A stretch of DNA of 64,000 bases. Origin: an uncultured Enterocloster sp. (GTDB lineage Bacteria > Bacillota > Clostridia > Lachnospirales > Lachnospiraceae). Under the pieces are notes generated by a model, which was given only the letters and a program-made list of their open reading frames with translations, was not told the DNA's origin and did no database searches. Positions within the stretch are counted from its first letter, which is position 1. Each line of letters begins with the position of its first letter. Shown in pieces: positions 9,937 to 18,309 of the stretch. A program made the translations under genes and the position numbers. Location: positions 294 through 64,293 of the forward strand of contig CALWRY010000005.1 in NCBI GenBank assembly GCA_944384065.1, written 5' to 3'.

Positions 9937-10009
9937 ACATTTCTCCTCCTGCAAAGAGGCTCCGGTCATGCCGCCGAAGCCTCTTTTCCTCTATGACGGT
10001 TTCCAGGGC

Positions 10010-11404
10010 TTATGAATCTGCCAGAACCTCGTCAATCTCCTCAACCATCATCTCAATCATCTCCGGGATGTCCACATCCTCAATCATCATCTCCGCCATA
10101 TAGTTCATCCAGATGGTTGCCAGCTGATTCCAGCCGGAATGCTGGATTCTGGGCTGAATCAGGTCCAAATTGTCAAAGATGCACTGGAACGCGGGCTTCT
10201 CCGCCAGGAACTGCTGTCCCTCCTCGGTCTCCAGAACGGAATTTCTGGTGGGGATGTAGCCGGTCTCCGTGGCCCACTTCATATTCACATCCTTGCTGCA
10301 CAGGTAGGAGAGGAACTGCCATGCCGCATTCTTGGTGGCCTGGTCGTTCTTTGCAGGAATGAGCAGCACGCAGCCGCCGATTTCCTGGTTCTTGGTATCG
10401 CCGCCGGGCAGCCAGGACATCCCCACCTCAAAATCGCACAGGTCCACATAGGTATTGTACAGGGAGCTGGTATGAATTACGGAAAATGCCTTTCCGTCGA
10501 TAAAGTTCTGCCGCATGATGGAGGAGGCGTCCGTGCCGTTGGCCCAATAAATCCAGCCCTTGTCACACCACTCCTTGAACTTATTCACCAGGCTTACGGC
10601 AGCCTCGCTTCCCAAATCCGTGCTCACCTGGTCGTCATTGACAATCTTCACTCCATTATTTAAATAGAAGGTTTCAAAATACCACTGGTCCCAGCCCGGC
10701 ACGACCGTTCCGTACCGCTCCGTGGTGCCGTCCGCCCCGATAACTGAGGCCTGCTCCAGGAACGCATCCATATCCGCGAAATTCTCAGGGATGGTGATGC
10801 CCAGCTCATCCGCCATATCCTGATTGTAGTACATAACCTGGGTAGAAATTAAGAAGGGAAGGGCCACCTGCTTTCCATCGTAGCTGGAGGCGTCCACCAG
10901 ACCCTTTCCAAAATCATCAATCTCAAAGCCCGTGGCCTCTATGTAGGGGGTTAAATCCTCCGTCAGCCCGCCTGCGCCGTACTCCGCCACATAGGGGGTA
11001 TTGGCCACCGTCAGAGCCGGAAGGCCTGTGCCCGCCGCATGGGCCGCCACCAGCGCCTCATTTACCTCCGCATAGCTTCCCACATAGACCGGCTCCACCG
11101 TAATCAAATCCTGGGAGCTGTTAAAATCATCCACTACCTCCTGAACCGTCTCGGAATACTGGTCCTCCAGGGCGTGCCACCACTGGATGGTGATGGGCTC
11201 TGTCACCTCAAAGCTTGCCGGATCAGCCGCCGGCGCCTCCGCCCCGCTTTCCGCCGCGCCTCCCTCTGCTGCGCCTCCTGCTGTCTGCGCCTCCGTCTGC
11301 GCGCTCTGAACCGCTGCTCCCCCTGTGGAGCCTCCGCCGCTGCATCCCGCCAGCACACCGCAGCCCATCGCCGCCGTCAATGCCACTGCCAACATCTTTT
11401 TCAT
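10010..11404 (-). CDS. ABC substrate-binding lipoprotein (UgpB-like)
   Basis: Lipobox LAGC, WWHAL, YYNQD and TGYIP motifs; same operon as the phosphodiesterase. Confidence 0.9.
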   Translation of the reverse strand: MKKMLAVALTAAMGCGVLAGCSGGGSTGGAAVQSAQTEAQTAGGAAEGGAAESGAEAPAADPASFEVTEPITIQWWHALEDQYSETVQEVVDDFNSSQDLITVEPVYVGSYAEVNEALVAAHAAGTGLPALTVANTPYVAEYGAGGLTEDLTPYIEATGFEIDDFGKGLVDASSYDGKQVALPFLISTQVMYYNQDMADELGITIPENFADMDAFLEQASVIGADGTTERYGTVVPGWDQWYFETFYLNNGVKIVNDDQVSTDLGSEAAVSLVNKFKEWCDKGWIYWANGTDASSIMRQNFIDGKAFSVIHTSSLYNTYVDLCDFEVGMSWLPGGDTKNQEIGGCVLLIPAKNDQATKNAAWQFLSYLCSKDVNMKWATETGYIPTRNSVLETEEGQQFLAEKPAFQCIFDNLDLIQPRIQHSGWNQLATIWMNYMAEMMIEDVDIPEMIEMMVEEIDEVLADS

Positions 11405-11681
11405 CGTCTTTCCTCCTGTTATAAATGTTGAAGTTTGTTGAAATTTTGTTAAATTTTTCCGCTGTCAAATTATGTCCATTTGCATGCATATTTGGGTTTG
11501 TTTGCTATATGCATTTTTAAACTAGCATAATTACACATGTAATGTCAATAAACTTCTTTAATTTTTAGAATATTTTACCATATTTTTACCTGTGTTTTAC
11601 AAACATGCACAAAATTTGACAGAAACAGATGTTGACCTTTTTGTTGAACAATGTTAAACTTTAGAAAAGAAAGGAGATGCC

Positions 11682-12773
11682 ATGAAAAAGCCTACCATAC
11701 GCGATGTTGCAAAAGAAGCAGAGGTATCCCCTGCCAGCGTTTCCATGATTTTAAACGGAAAAAGTCTTTCCCGTTTTTCCCAGGAAACAGTCAGCCGGGT
11801 CTATGAGGCCAGCCGTCGTCTCGAGTACAAGCCCCGGCGGCAGGAGAAGGGCGGGCGGCGGAAAGCCATTTTAATCATCTGTCCCTCCCTCACCAATCCC
11901 TACTACGCTTCCCTCGTCCAGGGCATGGAGCAGGAGGCCAAGAGCCAGGGATACACTACCATCATCTACACTACCTACTGGGACAAGGCGGAGGAGCGGG
12001 CAGCCCTGGAGCTATGCGCCGACCCAAGGATTGCCGGCGTTATTTTCTCCATGATTCCCCAGCAGCGGTCTCTGGCCGAGGAGGCCGCCCGGTCCATTCC
12101 CATGACAGCCGTGGGCGACCGGAATACCAACCTGGGCATTGACACCATTGACGTGTGCAACTATCAGGCTGGCTGCATAGCCGCCTCCCATTTAATAAGG
12201 CTTGGGCACCGCCACATTGCCTATATTTCTACGGGCTTGAGCAGCGAGCATTCCTCCCGGGTCAACCGGCTGAGCGGCCTGGAGGATGAATACCGGCGCT
12301 CCTGCCCCGAGGGAAGCGTGATTGTTTATACCAGAGATGTGCCTGCGGAGCAGGAGTTGAATGTGGTGGAAATTGAACACACTGTGGGATATGCTTTGGC
12401 GCAGGAATGCATGAAGAATTCTCCGGAGGTGACTGCCATAGCTGCCATCAACGATATGGTGGCCTACGGCGTGCGGGATGCGCTCCTGGACGCCGGCATG
12501 CGCATCCCCGAGGATATCAGTCTCTGCGGCTTTGACAATATTTATCCCTCCGGCTTCCACGGGATAGACCTGACCACCGTAGAGCATTCCATTGTGGAGC
12601 GCGGCAGAAGCAGCGTCCGCCTGCTGGCCGAGAAGCTGCGCGGGGAATCTGAGCTGCTTATGGACGCCAATTCCATCACTCGGGTGGAATATCCCAGCCA
12701 GCTCGTAATCCGCGGCTCTACCGGACGTCCTCCCAGTACCGTGAGAACACATACCGAAACAGATAGGAGCTGA
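11682..12773 (+). CDS. LacI family transcriptional regulator
   Basis: TIRDVAKEAEVSPASVS HTH and SLCGFDN; divergent from the ABC operon. Confidence 0.95.
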   Translation: MKKPTIRDVAKEAEVSPASVSMILNGKSLSRFSQETVSRVYEASRRLEYKPRRQEKGGRRKAILIICPSLTNPYYASLVQGMEQEAKSQGYTTIIYTTYWDKAEERAALELCADPRIAGVIFSMIPQQRSLAEEAARSIPMTAVGDRNTNLGIDTIDVCNYQAGCIAASHLIRLGHRHIAYISTGLSSEHSSRVNRLSGLEDEYRRSCPEGSVIVYTRDVPAEQELNVVEIEHTVGYALAQECMKNSPEVTAIAAINDMVAYGVRDALLDAGMRIPEDISLCGFDNIYPSGFHGIDLTTVEHSIVERGRSSVRLLAEKLRGESELLMDANSITRVEYPSQLVIRGSTGRPPSTVRTHTETDRS

Positions 12774-13332
12774 CGAAGGCTCCCAGCGCAATAAATATAG
12801 GAAATAAAATCGGCAGAAGCCATGAGAGGGCGAGAAAGGCCGCATATATAACCAGAATTGTCACGGAAACCGTCAGATTTCCCACCGCCATGACAAAGGC
12901 ATCCTTTACAATCAATCCCATCGGGCGGTCATAGCGGGAAATCAGAGGAAACAGATAAAGCGCGGTAAGCAGCCAGAGCACAGCCAGACAGGCCAGAATC
13001 CCAAAGCTCATGCTGCGCCAGACCCCAGGCAGGTCCATGTGCAGGCAGGCATACAGGTCTGCCGCCAGGAATGCCCCTGATGCCAGCACAGCAAGCCATA
13101 GAAGGGTAGACTGGCGGAAATTTTTCACAAAGGCCCTCCAAAAGCTCTTCCACACATATCCCTCCTCGTCGTCCGTCTGCTTTAGGGTAAACTGGTACAG
13201 CGCTGTAAATGCCGCCCCTGCAGTGACGATGGGGATAGAAAATACAAACCACAGGATGCCGATAAAAAATACATCCATTATCTTGTTCACAAAGGACCAA
13301 AACCGATTCTCCGGGTCAAACAGATGATTCAT
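12718..13332 (-). CDS. YesL/DUF624 family membrane protein
   Basis: SIPIVTAGAAFTALY and FWRAFVKNFRQST motifs; 3' end overlaps the lacI gene. Confidence 0.88.
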   Translation of the reverse strand: MNHLFDPENRFWSFVNKIMDVFFIGILWFVFSIPIVTAGAAFTALYQFTLKQTDDEEGYVWKSFWRAFVKNFRQSTLLWLAVLASGAFLAADLYACLHMDLPGVWRSMSFGILACLAVLWLLTALYLFPLISRYDRPMGLIVKDAFVMAVGNLTVSVTILVIYAAFLALSWLLPILFPIFIALGAFVSSYLFRYVFSRYWEDVR

Positions 13333-13467
13333 CTCACTTTTTCCTTTCCAGGACCTGCCTGGGCAGGCGCCCGGGGCCATTATAGCATGCCGAAGGGCGG
13401 AAGGAAGCAGTTTTATGAATATTTTACATACATTTTACGCAGCGCGCAGATACCGCGATTGATTTTC

Positions 13468-14094
13468 TCAGGTATGCCTTTCCCCAGCTTCCCTAAGGCC
13501 CCTGCGCTCATTGTAGGCCTCGAATTCTCCCTCCAGCTCCTCTAACATCCGGGCATAGCGCTGAAACTGCCGCCGTAATTCCTCCTGATTGTCCGGATTC
13601 TTTTTATAGCATACCCGGTGCTCCATGCTGGCCCAGAAGTCCATCGCCATGGTCCGCAGCTGAACCTCAACCGGAAAATACTCCATGGCGTCCATGCAGT
13701 ACACAGGAACCCCCAGGACAATATGGTAGCTGCGGTAGCCGTTTTCCTTTGGGCTTTTAATATAATCCTTTTCCTTTATCACCACCAGGTCTGTCTGCCG
13801 CCTAAGGCTCCCCGCCAGATTGTAGATGTCCTCCACAAAATAGCAGATGGCCCGTATCCCGGCGATATCCAGCAGACAGTCCTTGGCGTGGGAGGCGCTG
13901 TCCGTCAGCCCCATGCCCCGCAGCTTCTCCTCAATGCTGCGCTTCTCCTTTATCCTGCTCTGGATGTTGTGCACAGGCCCCAGGGACCGCTTATCCCCAT
14001 ACAGGCTGTGGTTTAAAATTTCTATCCGGGTGTACAATATGCGTCTGGCATCCTCATAGGGTTTAATCAGGCCGTAATACTGTTCGTTTGTCAT
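13468..14094 (-). CDS. small alarmone (p)ppGpp synthetase (RelP/RelQ-type)
   Basis: SRIK, DIAGIR, KDYI..PKENGYRSYH and EVQLRTMAMDFWASMEH motifs. Confidence 0.93.
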   Translation of the reverse strand: MTNEQYYGLIKPYEDARRILYTRIEILNHSLYGDKRSLGPVHNIQSRIKEKRSIEEKLRGMGLTDSASHAKDCLLDIAGIRAICYFVEDIYNLAGSLRRQTDLVVIKEKDYIKSPKENGYRSYHIVLGVPVYCMDAMEYFPVEVQLRTMAMDFWASMEHRVCYKKNPDNQEELRRQFQRYARMLEELEGEFEAYNERRGLREAGERHT

Positions 14095-14234
14095 GTGAAT
14101 CCGCCGTCCGCCTCTCTCCTTGATGATTTTCAGCATAGCGGAAATTTGTGAGAATTCTGTGTTTCTTTTATTCACTCTTTATAAAAAATGGCCGAAACTC
14201 CCTAAAATCAAGGAATTTCGACCATATTATGAAG

Positions 14235-14306
14235 CTGGGCCGGCGGGATTCGAACCCTCGAGTGCAGGAGTCAAAGTCCTGTGCCTTACCGCTTGGCGAC
14301 GGCCCA
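14235..14306 (-). tRNA. tRNA-Gln (anticodon TTG)
   Basis: Acceptor TGGGCCG/CGGCCCA (U1-A72), anticodon arm CAGGA-CTTTGAC-TCCTG, TTCGAAT loop. Confidence 0.94.
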
Positions 14307-14507
14307 ATCGCTGCGCACATCTGCGCGCGCCGTTTCATGTCCGCTGTCTGAACTGTTTCATCATATCATAGAATCCCACTCTTTGCAAGCCCCGCGCGCC
14401 GCTCTTTACTTTCCATCCGCCGCTGTTGTATAATGGAGACATGTCGGCGGCCGCCTGCAGCTGCGCCGCCCATTTACTTATCACCACAAAAGGAGGAATT
14501 TCCCCGC

Positions 14508-15497
14508 ATGAAACTACTCATTATCGGAAATAAGGAGCGTTATGAAAAATTCCGTCCGGATCTGCCCATCTATGATGAGAGCGAAAAAATCTTCTGCCCC
14601 CGTGGGACCTCGGATCAGGATCTCTTAAAGGACGGCAGAGACGCCGATGTTATCCTGGCGGACGCCATCACCCCGGTCTCTGCCCAGCTCATCGGGCAGA
14701 TGCCCAATCTCAAAATGATCCACTCCGAGGGCGTGGCCTTTGACAAGATTGACACGGCAGCCGCAGCGGCCAGGGGAATCTACGTGTGCAACAACAAGGG
14801 GAGAAATGCCGGCGCTGTGGCCGAGCAGGCCATTCTCCTGATGCTTGGCGTGCTGCGCTCTGTCGTCCCCGGACACCAGGCTGTGTGCCAGGGCAAACAA
14901 ATTCAGATGAAGGAGCGCCTCATGGTAGAGGGAATCACAGACCTGGCGGACTGCCGGATTGGCCTCATCGGTCTCGGCGATATCGGAAAGGCCACAGCCA
15001 AGCGCCTGGCCGCTTTCGAATGCCCCTGTTTCTACTACTCCAGACACAAAAGAAATGCCCAGGAGGAGGCGGAATGCGGCGTGTCCTATCTGCCTCTCGA
15101 CGAACTTCTCTCTTCCTGCGATATCATAAGCCTTCATATGGCTGTGAATGAAGAAACCACCCACTTCATGAACCGTGAACGCATTTCCCAGATGAAGGAC
15201 GGAGCAATTCTCATCAATACCGGGCGGGGAGAGCTGGTGGAAAATGAGGCCCTGTGCCAGGCCATTGAAAGCGGAAAATTAGGCGGCGCTGGACTTGACA
15301 CCATTTTCCCGGAGCCGGTACAGGCCGATAATCCCGTGGCAGTCCTGGCGCAGAGATTTCCCGACCGGGTGCTCCTGGCCCCGCACCTGGGCGGCATCAC
15401 CACAGGAAGCTTCAAGCGCATGCACCGTCACACGTGGGAAAACGCGGCCCGCATTGCTTCCGGCGAGAAGCCGGACTGCGTCGTAAACATGCCGTGA
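14508..15497 (+). CDS. D-isomer-specific 2-hydroxyacid dehydrogenase
   Basis: GLIGLGDIG, LINTGRG, GLD and APHLGG motifs; RBS AGGAGG. Confidence 0.93.
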   Translation: MKLLIIGNKERYEKFRPDLPIYDESEKIFCPRGTSDQDLLKDGRDADVILADAITPVSAQLIGQMPNLKMIHSEGVAFDKIDTAAAAARGIYVCNNKGRNAGAVAEQAILLMLGVLRSVVPGHQAVCQGKQIQMKERLMVEGITDLADCRIGLIGLGDIGKATAKRLAAFECPCFYYSRHKRNAQEEAECGVSYLPLDELLSSCDIISLHMAVNEETTHFMNRERISQMKDGAILINTGRGELVENEALCQAIESGKLGGAGLDTIFPEPVQADNPVAVLAQRFPDRVLLAPHLGGITTGSFKRMHRHTWENAARIASGEKPDCVVNMP

Positions 15498-15554
15498 AAG
15501 CGCTGCATGTCTATAACAGCAAAGCTCCCGGTCCATCGACCGGGAGCACATCAG

Positions 15555-15629
<75 letters not shown>

Positions 15630-15659
15630 ATATCCAATTGAAAAGAGCTTTCGCTCAAA

Positions 15660-15733
<74 letters not shown>

Positions 15734-15876
15734 ACACACCTGACAGCCCGCCATACTGCCGCAGCTATACCGTCTCTGCTGTCAACGTGCTATAGTTTAC
15801 CATAGGTTTGCAAATAATGCAAGCACTTTTTTATCTTTTTACGTCAGATTTGGCAGCGGCTCCGGCGGCGGGATTG

Positions 15877-17400
15877 TCACCCGTCCAGACGGTCATCCCA
15901 CTGCCAGGCCAGCCGGCCATAGCGGCGGGCAATTCCCCTTATCTCCCGTTTCAGCTCCTCCGTCAGCTCCCCCTCTTTCAGGCGCCATTTCCAGTTGATG
16001 CCCACAGTGGAGGGCTGATTCATCCGGCAGGTATTGTCATATCCCATATAATCCTGCATGGGAATCACGCAGAGGCTGGCGCGGCTGGCCATAATCAGGC
16101 TGATAAAGGAGGTGTGCAGGTACTGTCTGGGCGTATAGCGGTCGCAGATATAGGCCCGAGCCAGACGCCGCTCCTCCTCCGTGATGCTCTCAAACCACCC
16201 CCGGATGGTTTCATTGTCATGGGTGCCCGTGTAGGCCACGCAATTTTCCGTATAATTGTGGGGCAGATAATCATTGGCGCAGCCGGAATCCCGTGAATCA
16301 AAGGCAAATTCCAGAACCTTCATGCCGGGAAAGCCGCTGTCGCGCACCAGCCGGCGCACCGAATCCGTCACGTACCCCAGATCTTCGGCAATGACCTCCT
16401 TCTCTCCCAGCACCTCCCGCATTCTGCGAAACAGGTCCATGCCCGGCCCCTTTTCCCAGTGTCCGTCAATAGCCGTCTTCGCCCCCCGGGGAATGGAATA
16501 ATACTCGTCAAATCCCCGAAAATGGTCGATGCGCACCACATCATAGAGGGAAAAGCAATGGGCCAGGCGCTTCATCCACCAGTCATAGCCTGTCTGCCGG
16601 TGGTATTCCCAGCGGTACAGGGGATTGCCCCACAGCTGCCCCACAGCGGAGAAGCCGTCCGGCGGGCAGCCGGCCACCGCCGTGGGCACATTGTCCCCAT
16701 CCAGCTGAAAAAGCTCCGGGTGGGCCCAGGCATCCGCGCTGTCCATGGCCACATAAATGGGAATATCTCCTATGATGCGCACGCCCTGGCGGTTGGCGTA
16801 CTCCTTAAGCGCCCGCCACTGTTTGTAAAAGGTAAACTGCAGGTACTGCTGGAACTCAATATCAAAATACAGCTCCCTGCGGTAAAAATCCATGGCATAG
16901 TCCCAGCGCAGGCGGATATCCTGCGCCCACTCCGTCCAGGGCGCCCCGCCGAACCGCTCCTTCACAGCCATAAACAGGGCATAGTCAGAGAGCCACCATC
17001 CATTTTCCTGCACGAACCGGATATACGCGGGATTATTGCTGATATCGCTGCGCTCATAGGCCCGGCGCAGCAGGGGATAACGGTTCTCGTACAGCTTTTT
17101 ATAATCAATCGTGCCCTCCATCTCTCCCAGATCCGCAGCCCCGCACTCCTCCTCCGTCAATACGCCCTCCTCAATCAGGGCCTCAAGGCTGATAAAATAC
17201 GGGTTGCCCGCATAAGTGGAAAAGGACTGGTACGGCGAATCCCCATAGCTTGTGGGGCCCAGAGGAAGGATCTGCCAGTACGTCTGCCCCGCAGCCTTCA
17301 GCCAGTCCACAAAATCATAGGCGCTTTTTGAAAAACAGCCGATGCCGTATTTGGACGGCAGGCTGGTAATAGATAACAGTATTCCCGCTCCTCGGTTCAT
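15877..17400 (-). CDS. malQ: 4-alpha-glucanotransferase (GH77)
   Basis: WQILPLGP, GDIPIYV, QLWGNP, RIDHFRGF, EDLG and GTHDN motifs. Confidence 0.96.
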   Translation of the reverse strand: MNRGAGILLSITSLPSKYGIGCFSKSAYDFVDWLKAAGQTYWQILPLGPTSYGDSPYQSFSTYAGNPYFISLEALIEEGVLTEEECGAADLGEMEGTIDYKKLYENRYPLLRRAYERSDISNNPAYIRFVQENGWWLSDYALFMAVKERFGGAPWTEWAQDIRLRWDYAMDFYRRELYFDIEFQQYLQFTFYKQWRALKEYANRQGVRIIGDIPIYVAMDSADAWAHPELFQLDGDNVPTAVAGCPPDGFSAVGQLWGNPLYRWEYHRQTGYDWWMKRLAHCFSLYDVVRIDHFRGFDEYYSIPRGAKTAIDGHWEKGPGMDLFRRMREVLGEKEVIAEDLGYVTDSVRRLVRDSGFPGMKVLEFAFDSRDSGCANDYLPHNYTENCVAYTGTHDNETIRGWFESITEEERRLARAYICDRYTPRQYLHTSFISLIMASRASLCVIPMQDYMGYDNTCRMNQPSTVGINWKWRLKEGELTEELKREIRGIARRYGRLAWQWDDRLDG

Positions 17401-17433
17401 CTTCGCTCCTTCCGGCAAATCGCCGCTTCCCTT

Positions 17434-18309
17434 TTATTTTCTTTCCGATGCAGGCCCTCCGTTTTGAATCATGACCCCGCAGTGGTCCGATACCCTTGGA
17501 CCGTCCGTCCCATTAAAAACAGTGCGGGACGTAAGCACCGGCAGATCCTCCCGGCACCAGATATAATCAATCCGCATGCCTTCCCCGCTCCCCCGGTTCC
17601 TCCAGCCGTCAATCGCCTCCTGTACCGTCAGGCCGTCATCCCGCACATCCGCCAGAAGGTATGTGTCCCTCCAGCCATGGTCCCTGACATACGCATACCC
17701 CTGATCCGGTATGTGGCACGGGCTGTTAAAATCCCCCATGACCCATACGTTTCCCGCCTTTTGCCGCTCCCTTACGTAGGCCTCCAGCCGATCCCACTGG
17801 GCCTTAAACGGCTCCTCCTCATCCTCCCACCAGCCCATATGGACCGTATAGAACCAGACATTCGGAATGCCCTGAACCTGGATCCCCAACGCCTGGCGCG
17901 TCTTCCAATTCGAATAATCCTGAATCCTGCTCAATGGCAGCCCGACCGCCCTCTCTATGGGCCGGAGGCTGAAAAAAGCCAGCCCCTCGTCATATTTTCC
18001 ATAGCCCAGCTTTACAGGCAGCCAGGTCCAGAAATACCGGCAGCCATACTCCCGCAGAAGCTCTGCCAGCCTGGCCGCGTAATTCCCGCACCGCAGCGCA
18101 ATTTTCTCCTGGCATGTCTCCCCTGCCTCAGGCACCCAAAATCCCCGCCGCATGTGTTCGGGAAGCAGCCCTTCGGAAGCCCCCTGATTTACCTCCTGAA
18201 GCCCCAAAATATCCGGCTTCTCTCTGGCAATCCACTGGGCTGTCCAGAGGAGCTTCCTCTCCTGTTCCTCCTCCGCCAGGCTGTGAGTGTTAAGCGTTAG
18301 AATCTTCAT
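17434..18309 (-). CDS. mapP: EEP-family phosphatase, probable maltose-6'-phosphate phosphatase
   Basis: LTLNTHS, LQEV, GDFN, RIDYI and SDH motifs; located between the maltose PTS gene and malQ. Confidence 0.8.
   Translation of the reverse strand: MKILTLNTHSLAEEEQERKLLWTAQWIAREKPDILGLQEVNQGASEGLLPEHMRRGFWVPEAGETCQEKIALRCGNYAARLAELLREYGCRYFWTWLPVKLGYGKYDEGLAFFSLRPIERAVGLPLSRIQDYSNWKTRQALGIQVQGIPNVWFYTVHMGWWEDEEEPFKAQWDRLEAYVRERQKAGNVWVMGDFNSPCHIPDQGYAYVRDHGWRDTYLLADVRDDGLTVQEAIDGWRNRGSGEGMRIDYIWCREDLPVLTSRTVFNGTDGPRVSDHCGVMIQNGGPASERK

Noticed and set aside
12718-12773. Convergent 56-bp overlap of lacI and yesL as antisense regulation
   Set aside because: Short 3' overlaps of convergent genes are common; no further evidence.
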